This document shows positions 18,371 through 26,774 of a stretch of 64,000 nt of DNA, piece by piece. Origin of the DNA: a virus. The position numbers and the translations under genes are program-made. Positions within the stretch are counted from its first letter, which is position 1, and every line of letters begins with the position of its first letter. The DNA is taken from positions 44,795-108,794 of IMG/VR virus record IMGVR_UViG_3300031954_000001; one strand, written 5' to 3'. The notes under the pieces are model-generated. The model worked only from the letters and a program-made list of their open reading frames with translations. It ran no database searches and was not told the origin of the DNA.

Positions 18371-20556
18371 GCAAGGCGAACAGGCGTAAGCGAGCCAGGA
18401 AACGCAATCCGGCGCAGCGCTCCGGCCGCCGGGTAGCCGATCCGCGCCCGGCCCGCCGCGACGGCGGGTACGGGCTGACCGTCCACGGTACCGCCGAACC
18501 GTACGACACGGGGAACCTGCACCCGTCGCTGCGCGGGCTGGGACCGGACGACGAGATCGACGTGATCATCACGCCGGACGATGACGCTGCCCCGCCGCCG
18601 GGCGGGGGCGAGCTGCTGGGCACGCTGCGCAGGCCGATGACGGGCGACGACGGCCGGATCCTGTCCGAGGGCGCCCGGGTCTGGCGGGATCTCCGCACGC
18701 CCGCGGAGCGCCGCGCAGCCGGTGCCACGAAGTTCGGCGAGTTCACCGACGACCCCGGCGAGCTCATCAACCCGGCAGGCGTTCAGCTGCAGGCCCCGGA
18801 GGACGTGATCCTGGACATCGGACGGCCCGGACCAGGGTCGCGCACCGCGATCGCCGGCGGCCCGCACGACGAGCCGCGCGTGGTCGCGGACTACCGGCAG
18901 CAGCTGGAGCAGGACGCGGTCCCGGCCGCGTTCCGGGCCAGGCGCAAGGCGGCGGGCGGCTCGGCGGCCGACCTGGTGCAGGCACTGGAGGAGGAGTCCG
19001 AGGGCCTGGCTGCGCGGCTGGCCCGGGGCCTGTCCGCTGAGGAGCTGGCCGAGCTGGCACCGCAGATCGCCCGGGCCGCGTCGATCGGCGGCGTGGCACC
19101 CGGCAAGTACTCGTTCACCACCGGACAGCCTGAGCCCGGCGGCGAGATCGTCGTCTCCGGCCCGCCGCCCGGTCCCGGACTGGCAACCGAGTCCGTCCCG
19201 GCGACCCTCGTAACCGGCGGCGACGCCCCGGCCCTGGAGCATGCCGGCCTGCAGCCCGGTGACATCATCGCGCCCGCCCAGCCGATCGGCTACATGTCCG
19301 CCGGCATCCCCGTGCCCGAGGGCGCCGGCCGGTCCCCGGATGACCAGGTGTGGCGCCCGCGCGTGACTACGCAGCCGCGCGAGGAGATGAGCCTGGGTCC
19401 GGTCACCGCCGCGGTACTGGACCGGGTCCGGCACATCGAGGCCGGCGACCCGGCGATCCTGGACCTGCGCCCGTCCGAGGTGCTGGCCATGCACACCGAC
19501 CTGGCCGACCTGATGGCCAACCCGCACGAGAAGGTCTTGCGGTACTACCACTGGTTCATGGAGCGGACCATCGGCGAGGCGCACACCGCCGGCGGGGCCG
19601 AGCGCGCCCGGGAGTACTGGGAAGGCATGTTCTGGCCGGCGACCACGGCCCGGGAGTGGACCACGATCCTGGCCCGGCTGCTGCGCTCGGCGCGCACCTA
19701 CAAGGTCACCGCCGAGATGGTCGACAAGGTCACCGAGCAGTATGCCGAGGACCTGGCGTCCGGCTGGTACGCGGTCGATGAGGACGACCTGCCCTGGCCG
19801 GCCGGGTTCGCGTGGCTGGACGCGCCGCTCACCTTCACCGACAAGTTCGGCAAGGAAGGCTGGAACCGGGCGGTGTCCTGGGGCCAGGAGTACCTGGCGC
19901 TCGGCAGCATGAACCCGCGTGACTCCCGCCGGGTGCCCGGCGCCCGGATCGTGTCGTGGTCCTGGCACGACGACCGCGACTCCTACTGGACCCCGGATAC
20001 CGGCACGAGCATCCAGGAAATGGGCGGGCTGGCGATGGCGCACGCGATCAGCTTCCCGTACCGCGCCCGGCTGAACGTCAAGCGGGACGCGCAGGGCCGG
20101 GCCACCCAGGACGACACGATCCGCTGGGTCCGCACGCTGTGGAAGGTGCTCAGCTCGGAGATCTCCGCGACCCGGTCAGACGTCCACATCGAGCGGCACG
20201 TCCGCAAGCGCGCGCTCCGCTCGCTGCGCCACGGCGAGGTCCACGTGGTCACGCTACGCCGCAAGCACTACGTCAGCGACGGCGAAGGCGGCCACCAGGC
20301 CAGGATCTACACCTGCCGGTGGCCGGTCAACGGCTTCTGGCGGCATTCCCGCCGCGACGCGGACTGGGAGGACGCTCACCACACCTACGACGAGCACGGC
20401 CGCCGCACCCGGCACCACGCCACCCCGGACGAGACCAGGGAATACTGCGCGATCTGCGGCGCCCCGGTGTCGTGGATCGGAACTTTCGTTAAGGGGCCTC
20501 CGGGCGCACCCTGGAAAGACGACGCCAACCGCACTGTGTTCGTGTTGCGGCGCTAG
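18367..20556 (+). CDS. large hypothetical phage protein (729 aa)
   Basis: ATGA overlap and basic N-terminus. The C-terminal VHVVTLRR...RWPVNGFWR...WIGTFVKGP pattern is common in phage proteins. Confidence 0.8.
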   Translation: MSKANRRKRARKRNPAQRSGRRVADPRPARRDGGYGLTVHGTAEPYDTGNLHPSLRGLGPDDEIDVIITPDDDAAPPPGGGELLGTLRRPMTGDDGRILSEGARVWRDLRTPAERRAAGATKFGEFTDDPGELINPAGVQLQAPEDVILDIGRPGPGSRTAIAGGPHDEPRVVADYRQQLEQDAVPAAFRARRKAAGGSAADLVQALEEESEGLAARLARGLSAEELAELAPQIARAASIGGVAPGKYSFTTGQPEPGGEIVVSGPPPGPGLATESVPATLVTGGDAPALEHAGLQPGDIIAPAQPIGYMSAGIPVPEGAGRSPDDQVWRPRVTTQPREEMSLGPVTAAVLDRVRHIEAGDPAILDLRPSEVLAMHTDLADLMANPHEKVLRYYHWFMERTIGEAHTAGGAERAREYWEGMFWPATTAREWTTILARLLRSARTYKVTAEMVDKVTEQYAEDLASGWYAVDEDDLPWPAGFAWLDAPLTFTDKFGKEGWNRAVSWGQEYLALGSMNPRDSRRVPGARIVSWSWHDDRDSYWTPDTGTSIQEMGGLAMAHAISFPYRARLNVKRDAQGRATQDDTIRWVRTLWKVLSSEISATRSDVHIERHVRKRALRSLRHGEVHVVTLRRKHYVSDGEGGHQARIYTCRWPVNGFWRHSRRDADWEDAHHTYDEHGRRTRHHATPDETREYCAICGAPVSWIGTFVKGPPGAPWKDDANRTVFVLRR

Positions 20557-20583
20557 CAAAAGAAACAGGAGATAGGAGGAGAC

Positions 20584-20808
20584 ATGGGATACCCCGATGA
20601 TCGCGGGAACCAGAGCGGGCACAAGAACGCGCGCAGCGCGCACGGCCAGGAGACTGAACAGGGAGACAGCATCATGAAGTACCTGCAAGCAATCGGCATC
20701 ACCGCCAATGCCCTGGGCCGGTGGGTCTTCGGTTCCTGGACCGAACAGCAGGCCCGCGACGAGGTCAACCGCGCCCGCGCGCTGATCGGCCGTCAGGCGA
20801 TGCCATGA
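20584..20808 (+). CDS. hypothetical protein (alternative start 20674)
   Basis: GGAGGAG RBS. Confidence 0.55.
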   Translation: MGYPDDRGNQSGHKNARSAHGQETEQGDSIMKYLQAIGITANALGRWVFGSWTEQQARDEVNRARALIGRQAMP

Positions 20809-21035
20809 GCCCGCTGGCTAACGAGATCGTCAAAGCGACCGGGTGCCCGGACTGGATCGCCGAAGGTATCGCCCACCTGCCCCCGGGCGGCGCCGGCAAC
20901 TGGTACGAGCCGGACGCCACCTACGAACGCGGCACCGACTGGCGTGCCGAGGCGAGCCACTTCGGCGTGCGGGTCGTGCGGACCACCCGCTGGCACATCG
21001 GCTCGCCGGAGCAGGACCACCAGGAGCAGCCGTGA
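20805..21035 (+). CDS. hypothetical protein
   Basis: ATGA overlap. Confidence 0.55.
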   Translation: MSPLANEIVKATGCPDWIAEGIAHLPPGGAGNWYEPDATYERGTDWRAEASHFGVRVVRTTRWHIGSPEQDHQEQP

Positions 21036-21310
21036 TCCCGCGTTACGATGACCCGGCCGAGACCGCCCGGCAGATCGCCGCGGAGGTCATCACCTGGCGC
21101 AGGCGGCTGGACAAAGAGACCGAAGCTGGCGTCCAGGCGCGTATCGCCGGCGCCAGGCGGGCTCCCGGCCGCGGGGTCAAGCAGCTCATGGACGACCGCC
21201 GCGTGGTCGAGGGCATGGTCCGCGCGCTCGCGTACGTCATCGGCCACCCGGGCGAGTACTGGGCCGCCGAGCAGTTCATCAGGGAACAAGAACAGGAGAA
21301 CGCGACATGA
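21032..21310 (+). CDS. hypothetical protein
   Basis: GTGA overlap with RBS. Confidence 0.6.
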   Translation: MIPRYDDPAETARQIAAEVITWRRRLDKETEAGVQARIAGARRAPGRGVKQLMDDRRVVEGMVRALAYVIGHPGEYWAAEQFIREQEQENAT

Positions 21311-21951
21311 ACACCACCAACACGGCACGCGCCGCACAGCGGAACAAGGCAGCCGCGACCCGCCGCCGGACCGCGGCGATCAAGGAACTCGGGCTGATCA
21401 TCGACGTGGCCACCCAGCACAAGGGCCTGCTGGAAAGCGACCCGCCGCAGGTCCCGGAGTCCACCTTCATCAACCGGGCGGTCAAGTACGAGGGCCTGCT
21501 CGGGGAGATGCAGCTGCTGGCCCTGCTGGCCGAGGGCGCGGAGATGCCCGGAGATGACGCGGACGCCGACGACGGCAAGGTCACCGTGGGCCGGGACGAC
21601 CTGCTGCCGCTGCTGCAGGCGATCCGCTCCATGTTCCCCGCCACGGACGGTAACCAGCCGCTGGACCGGCTGGAGGCCGCGGCCGGCATCGAGACATCCG
21701 GACTGCAGGCCGTGCCCGCGGCACCTGCACCCGCACCCGAGTCCCCGGCTGTGCCCGAGCCCGAGGCGGCACCTGTGCCCGAGCCCCAGGCGGCGGTCAC
21801 CAGCTGCCCGACGTGCGGTTCGCCGGACCCGGACCTGCACCCGTCCACGGGTGAGGGCGGTGAGGTTTCCAGCCTCTGCCCCGACCCGTTCCACAGCCCG
21901 GTCCCGGAGACCGTCCAGGCGGCCTACGCGAAGCCGGTGCAGCCGTCGTGA
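21307..21951 (+). CDS. hypothetical protein with C-terminal zinc finger
   Basis: CPTC...CPDPFH. Confidence 0.7.
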   Translation: MNTTNTARAAQRNKAAATRRRTAAIKELGLIIDVATQHKGLLESDPPQVPESTFINRAVKYEGLLGEMQLLALLAEGAEMPGDDADADDGKVTVGRDDLLPLLQAIRSMFPATDGNQPLDRLEAAAGIETSGLQAVPAAPAPAPESPAVPEPEAAPVPEPQAAVTSCPTCGSPDPDLHPSTGEGGEVSSLCPDPFHSPVPETVQAAYAKPVQPS

Positions 21952-22244
21952 CCGGGGTCAGCCTGCACTACGGGCCGGGCGCCTGGACCGACGAGCACGG
22001 CGTCATGCGGTGGAAGAAACGGTACCGGACCGAGGACGGCCGCGACTGGAACGAGCCGGCGACCGGCCAGGAGATCGCGGACCTGCCAGGCGACGCGCTG
22101 GTCATCGTCGGCCCGAACGGCAGCCCGAAACCCAAGAGGGAGTACGACGGCCTGGTCATCGCCGGGTCGCCGTTCCTGCCGGCGATCGCGCACCTGATCC
22201 CGGTCTACATCGAGGGGGAGGACCCGGCTTATGCCGAGCATTGA
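21948..22244 (+). CDS. hypothetical protein
   Basis: Coupled start. Confidence 0.6.
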   Translation: MTGVSLHYGPGAWTDEHGVMRWKKRYRTEDGRDWNEPATGQEIADLPGDALVIVGPNGSPKPKREYDGLVIAGSPFLPAIAHLIPVYIEGEDPAYAEH

Positions 22245-22518
22245 GGTAATCCCGCACTACGAGGCCGGACACGGCATCCGCCCGCCGAACAGGCGCGGGC
22301 GCTATCGTGCGGTCGCCTGGGAGCTCGTCCCGGGTGGCGGCATGGAGCTGTGGCACTGCGACCACGACCACGCGCCCGGTGTCCGGAAGGTTCAGGACGC
22401 CAGCGAAACCGAACGCGAGGCTGCCGAGCAGTGCGCGAGAGACTGGCTGGCCGGGCGAATCCGCGACGGGCACCTGCACCCGCTGCCGGTGATCCGGGAA
22501 GGGGAGTGGGACCAGTGA
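22231..22518 (+). CDS. hypothetical protein (C.H.H...A..C motif)
   Basis: RBS and overlap with the upstream gene. Confidence 0.6.
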   Translation: MPSIEVIPHYEAGHGIRPPNRRGRYRAVAWELVPGGGMELWHCDHDHAPGVRKVQDASETEREAAEQCARDWLAGRIRDGHLHPLPVIREGEWDQ

Positions 22519-22766
22519 GCTGGACGACGACCGACGTGGAAGCGTGGCCGGACGAATTCCCGCACGACCACCTCTCCGGGCCACTGTGCGCCGGGGCGGC
22601 CGGCTGGGAGAACGCGGACTATTGCGGCCACGACACGTGCGAGGCCATCGACTTCGGCGGCTGCATGGGCTGCCGGGCCGAGGAGGCCAGCTGGCTGGAC
22701 TTCGCAGCCCGCGCCGAGCGCCTGATGGCGGAGCGGAGCGGCGTGATCAAGGTGAGCGTGCCGTGA
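22515..22766 (+). CDS. Cys-rich hypothetical protein
   Basis: GTGA overlap. Confidence 0.55.
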   Translation: MSWTTTDVEAWPDEFPHDHLSGPLCAGAAGWENADYCGHDTCEAIDFGGCMGCRAEEASWLDFAARAERLMAERSGVIKVSVP

Positions 22767-22945
22767 GGGAGACCGAGCATGACGAGCCGCCCCCGCCGGG
22801 CACGATCACGCGGTGGTTCATGCCGATCGGCCGGGAAGGCCGGGCGATTACCGGGCCCGAGGCGGACGACGGCATGACGGCCGGGCAGATTGCCTTGTGC
22901 AATCAGTGTTCGCGGCCGGACCGGCTCGTCTACCATGACTGCTAG
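22763..22945 (+). CDS. small hypothetical protein
   Basis: GTGA overlap. Confidence 0.5.
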   Translation: MRETEHDEPPPPGTITRWFMPIGREGRAITGPEADDGMTAGQIALCNQCSRPDRLVYHDC

Positions 22946-23051
22946 TGCTGGCGGGATCAGCGGCCTGGCGCTGGCCATCCTGGGAGGGATCGCCGTGCTC
23001 GTCATCCTCGCCGGCCTGGCGCTGGCCCTGTGGGACACCCGGCGCCCGTAG
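22935..23051 (+). CDS. 38-aa single-pass membrane peptide
   Basis: MTASAGGISGLALAILGGIAVLVILAGLALALWDTRRP; not in the ORF track. Confidence 0.55.
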   Translation: MTASAGGISGLALAILGGIAVLVILAGLALALWDTRRP

Positions 23052-23055
23052 CAGG

Positions 23056-23477
23056 CACGCCCTGGCCGGCTGACGCGGCCCGCGCGGCATCGTGGTGATG
23101 GGATCACGACTTCCGGCGCGCGGGCCGCCCGCCAGGGGCGTCCGTCCGTCAGGCGCGCTCTCCCTTCAGCTGCCGGCTACGGGCACTGATGCGCGGGCTG
23201 GTCCGAGCCCGGCCCGGGGCCTGCGCCGTCGCAGGACTGATCCCCCGGCAAGATTCGTCAACCGTGAGCGAAGCATACCGCCTGCCCGGTGCATCGCATA
23301 GCGAGAGCACGTGAACGCTGCCTGTCAGTTTCAGCTCGCGCAGGTGGCGCACGGCCGGGCGATCTTACGGGCCGCCCGTACCGTGACCTGCTCGGGCTCG
23401 GACCGCCGGCCCGCGCACCACCGGTTCAGGTGGTAGACGCGGGGACATCCGCGCCGCCGCGGGGACAGCCAGACGGG
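23056..23477 (+). ncRNA. candidate large structured non-coding RNA
   Basis: No convincing ORF. Hairpin 23056-23141, long-range helix 23191-23212 with 23392-23416, closing helix about 23146 with about 23476, and several internal hairpins. G-U pairs favour the plus strand. Confidence 0.5.
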
Positions 23478-23484
23478 CCTCATG

Positions 23485-23961
23485 TCAGCTCCCCTGCTGC
23501 TGAGCCCGCCAGCGTTTCACCCGGCAGGTATTTCCGCAGACTGTGGCGTCGATACGCAACGCAGTGATGTCCGCGCCGCATACCTCGCAGCCGCGCTTGC
23601 CCAGAGCTGCGCGCCGATCGGCGCATTCCTTGTGGTATCCCGTTCCGATTACCCATTCGCCGTGCTGGTTGCGGATCGTCGCACCGGGGACTGCGTGCCT
23701 GAGCTGGTGGTCTCGCGCTGACAGTGCTTCCAGGTTGTCCGCGTTGTTCTGTGTCTTGTCGCCATCGACTTGATGGTGAACATGTTTGGACGGATCGGTA
23801 AGAAGGCCGGCTTCCCAGGCTATGACGCGGTGCTCGAACACGTATCCGTCTTTGCGGGCGAGTGGGTGATCCGGTAGGTACAAGTCCACGTACCCATCTG
23901 AACGAACCCGGCGTTTGGAGCCGTAGCCAGGGCGTTTCCCGCCCTTTCCCCCGATTGCCAT
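23485..23961 (-). CDS. HNH endonuclease
   Basis: GYV...DHP.ARKDGYVFEHR...HVHH.VDGDKTQNNADNLE....H, plus C-terminal CEVC/CGNTC. Confidence 0.85.
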   Translation of the reverse strand: MAIGGKGGKRPGYGSKRRVRSDGYVDLYLPDHPLARKDGYVFEHRVIAWEAGLLTDPSKHVHHQVDGDKTQNNADNLEALSARDHQLRHAVPGATIRNQHGEWVIGTGYHKECADRRAALGKRGCEVCGADITALRIDATVCGNTCRVKRWRAQQQGS

Positions 23962-23978
23962 ACATGCAGTTTACCGTT

Positions 23979-24830
23979 TCAGCAGCCATCGTAGGGCGCC
24001 CAGTCTGAGTACCCGCGAGAAGCGACCGCGTTGGCGAAAACCTGGTTCTGCTCGGCTGCGCTGGCGTGCCCGTAGTCTGCCGGGTTACCGCCGCTCGCGG
24101 CCCAGGTTGAGGCCGAGAACTGGTAGAGCCCGTAATGCCCGTTCGGGTTCCATGCCTGCGCGTTGCCTCCCGATTCGCGAGCGATAATGCACGCCTGCCG
24201 GGAGCCGGACATCCCGCCGCCTCCGCCGCCGGAGCTGGCCGGCGCGGCCTGCTGGACGGGAGCTGAAGCCGGGGCCTGGCTGACCGGGGCTGCGGAAGAC
24301 CGGGTGCCGCAGGCCACGTCCCAGCCGTCGCCGTCACCGTCACCGCAGAAGTTCGGGAATCCGTAGCTGACGCCCCACACCTTCCCGCCGGATCCGCCGC
24401 TGACCCGCACCGCAGACACCGTGCCGGCTGACCGGTAGCAGGAGACGTGCCACAGCGTGGCCCCGGCGAGGATGAGGTCAGGATCGGCGATGCCGTTGGC
24501 GGCGGCCAGCCCGGTGTAGTCGGCGGGGTTCCCGCACAGCCGGGCCGCGATCCCGGACAGGGTGTCGCCGAGCCGGATCCGGTACGCCGACGCGGCCTGG
24601 GCCGCGGATGGCCGGGTGACCGCGGTCAGGACGGCGGCGCCGCGGGGCGTCCCGGCGGGGCGGGGCGGTGCCGTCACCGCGGTCGCCGTGAGGGCGGCGG
24701 GAAGGGCCGCGGCGATCAGGGCCGGGACGGCGGCCAGCCAGGCCAGCCGCAGGTGCCCGCGCCGGGAAAAAAGCCTGCCGGCAGGCAGCGCGCGATGATG
24801 CGCGGAGGCGGTATTCATCTGTATCCTCAT
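23979..24830 (-). CDS. secreted LysM plus Rpf-type lytic transglycosylase
   Basis: N-terminal hydrophobic signal; LysM YRIRLGDTLSGIA...LAAANGIADPDLILAG; catalytic domain CIIARESGGN...HYGLYQF..STW...EQ. Confidence 0.85.
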   Translation of the reverse strand: MRIQMNTASAHHRALPAGRLFSRRGHLRLAWLAAVPALIAAALPAALTATAVTAPPRPAGTPRGAAVLTAVTRPSAAQAASAYRIRLGDTLSGIAARLCGNPADYTGLAAANGIADPDLILAGATLWHVSCYRSAGTVSAVRVSGGSGGKVWGVSYGFPNFCGDGDGDGWDVACGTRSSAAPVSQAPASAPVQQAAPASSGGGGGGMSGSRQACIIARESGGNAQAWNPNGHYGLYQFSASTWAASGGNPADYGHASAAEQNQVFANAVASRGYSDWAPYDGC

Positions 24831-24937
24831 GGCAGAGATGGCCGCCAGGCGGGGTGATTCTCAAGGTCGGCCCCGCGAGGCGCTTGTCCTCACCGACGCT
24901 AGCAGGATGGCTTCGGCTGCTCTAGCTTTCGCGGTGT

Positions 24938-24979
24938 AAAAGAGGGAGCCCTGGGCCTCTGCTGGCCCTGGGCTCTCTC
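24938..24979 (-). terminator. intrinsic terminator-like hairpin upstream of the LysM-Rpf gene
   Basis: Minus strand GAGAGAGCCCAGGGCC-loop-GGCCCAGGGCTCCCTC followed by TTTT. Confidence 0.6.
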
Positions 24980-25075
24980 GCTGCCACAGGCGTTACGGCT
25001 GAGATGGCTCGTATCCGGCCCGGCTGGCTGCCGCGGGCATGGTCTTACGGTACCGCTGGGGCGCAGGAGGCGGCG

Positions 25076-25378
25076 TCAGCGGGACCCGGGCCATGCCCCG
25101 CCGACCGCGCCGGGGATCCGGAACCCGGGCAGGATCACGCAGTCATCCGGCATGTGCCCGTCCGGCGGGTCCCGCACGAACAGCTCGAACCCCTGGCCGC
25201 GGCGCAGCAGGAAGTCCTCGGCGGGCACGGCGAGCCACGCCACGCAGCCGGGCTCGTCCTGGTCCTCGTCGCGCAGCGCGATGCAGCGGATATCCCGGCC
25301 CCCGGTGCGCAGGACGATGCCCGAGGGCGGCTCCGGGTTCTCCGGCACCTGCGGTCGCCTGAACAGCCGCCACCTCAT
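25076..25378 (-). CDS. hypothetical protein
   Basis: ORF starting MRWRLFRR. Confidence 0.55.
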   Translation of the reverse strand: MRWRLFRRPQVPENPEPPSGIVLRTGGRDIRCIALRDEDQDEPGCVAWLAVPAEDFLLRRGQGFELFVRDPPDGHMPDDCVILPGFRIPGAVGGAWPGSR

Positions 25379-25403
25379 ACTGCCGATGGTAGCTCCCGGG
25401 ATG

Positions 25404-26231
25404 TCACCGCGCGTTGACGTCCCCGATCCCGGACCAGGCCCAGCTGCCCTGCAGCCACTTCTTGCGGTACTTGCAGGGCTTCTTGGACCCGTTGGTGTAG
25501 GTAATCTCAACCCACCAGTCGGAGCTGATGGAGATGCCGGCGCCGCTCAGGGCACCGTTCTGGCCCGGGTCTATGGCTCCCCAGTTTGCCCACCCGGGCG
25601 GGAAGTACAGGACCTGCCCGCTCTCGGACAGGCAGGCGTAATGCGTAACGCCATCGGGGTCATTCGCTCCTGATACCACGTTGTCTCCTATCGCTTGCGG
25701 TGCCGGGGCCGAGCCTCCGCCGCCGCCCCAATTCTTGGCCTTGTCGATGACGACATCCATCGGGAACCCGGACCCGCAGTCGCTGTGACCCGACCCCCAG
25801 GAGCCGAAGTTGACGTGCTGGCAGATCCCGCGCACATCGGGGTTCTGTGCCTGGGTGCTGCTCAGCAGGGTCCACGGAACGCTGTACTTGTCCACCATGT
25901 AGCGGCACCACTCCGCCGCGTTGTCCAGCAGGACCGGCTTGGACAGCCAGGTGTCCCGCGACCACGAGGCGTACGCGCACATCTCCAGGGACAGGCAGTA
26001 CGGGTTGGCGTTGCCCTGGGTCCACGCCTTGTAGTTCTCGTAGACGTACGCGCCGAGGGTCCGCTTGTACTGGTCGGCGCCATGATGGCTTGAGCACTGC
26101 GCGGACGGGTTGGCGAACCAGCTGCCCAGCGACTCGATCGTCATCGCGCCTTCGGTGGTGTGGAAGACGATCTTGTTGTACGGCCCGCGCGTGGTGGAGT
26201 AGTGCTGAGACGGGTACCACAGCTCGTCCAT
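25404..26231 (-). CDS. endolysin, N-acetylmuramoyl-L-alanine amidase (Amidase_2 type)
   Basis: IVFHTTEG, SSHH, SLEMC and H...H.DCG..FP zinc-amidase motifs; located after the tail genes and holin. Confidence 0.9.
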   Translation of the reverse strand: MDELWYPSQHYSTTRGPYNKIVFHTTEGAMTIESLGSWFANPSAQCSSHHGADQYKRTLGAYVYENYKAWTQGNANPYCLSLEMCAYASWSRDTWLSKPVLLDNAAEWCRYMVDKYSVPWTLLSSTQAQNPDVRGICQHVNFGSWGSGHSDCGSGFPMDVVIDKAKNWGGGGGSAPAPQAIGDNVVSGANDPDGVTHYACLSESGQVLYFPPGWANWGAIDPGQNGALSGAGISISSDWWVEITYTNGSKKPCKYRKKWLQGSWAWSGIGDVNAR

Positions 26232-26504
26232 CTACCGCTCGCCTCCCGGGTCCTCATCCGGGTGATCCCGCGCCCAGCTTTCCAGGAACGCCCGGTAGGC
26301 CCGGTCCCGCCCGGCGAACCGGTCATCGCCGCGGGCCGTCCCCCACGGCTCGGCCTGCTGGTCCGGCGGCGGTTCCCGGGACGGCCGGGGCAGCTCCAGC
26401 TCCACCTCGCCGGCGTCCAGCTCCTCGCTGGTGAACGTCTCGCCGGACCGGACGATCCTGCGGTCCCGGTGGTGCCGCCGGCGGATCCTGTCTCCTATCG
26501 GCAT
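26232..26504 (-). CDS. hypothetical protein in the lysis cassette
   Basis: RBS; abuts the endolysin start. Confidence 0.6.
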   Translation of the reverse strand: MPIGDRIRRRHHRDRRIVRSGETFTSEELDAGEVELELPRPSREPPPDQQAEPWGTARGDDRFAGRDRAYRAFLESWARDHPDEDPGGER

Positions 26505-26507
26505 CGG

Positions 26508-26774
26508 TCATCTCCCCTCTCCGTGTTTCCCGTTGCCATTATCGCCGTTCCGGTTCTTGACCCGTGCTCCGATGTAGCTGCCCAGCACGCCGATCAGGCC
26601 GCCGATGAGCGCGATGATCACCTGCGTGGCGTTCTCGCCGAGGGTCTGGGTCGGGGTCTGGTGCGAGATGACGTTGACGAGCACGACGACCATGAGCAGA
26701 ACGACCGCGAGTCCCAGCGCGACCGCGAGGATCAGCGCGACCAGGTCGACGGTTACCCGGCGACGCTCGCTCAT
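26508..26774 (-). CDS. putative holin (2 TM helices)
   Basis: Two hydrophobic helices, a charged C-terminus and position beside the endolysin. Confidence 0.7.
   Translation of the reverse strand: MSERRRVTVDLVALILAVALGLAVVLLMVVVLVNVISHQTPTQTLGENATQVIIALIGGLIGVLGSYIGARVKNRNGDNGNGKHGEGR

Noticed and set aside
10000-20043. Long minus-strand ORFs (10000-11616, 11719-13431, 15108-16838, 18310-20043) and similar shadow ORFs elsewhere
   Set aside because: They are antisense or off-frame shadows of GC3-biased genes, with no RBS or recognisable motifs.
23056-23961. IscB/omega-RNA (HEARO) system
   Set aside because: The HNH is a short phage-type protein with no PLMP or RuvC motifs, and the structured RNA appears to be on the opposite strand.
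24831-25075. c-di-AMP (ydaO) riboswitch upstream of the rpf-like gene
   Set aside because: The expected conserved segments (GAAUC, GGGGAACC, GUCAGCUAAC) are not visible.
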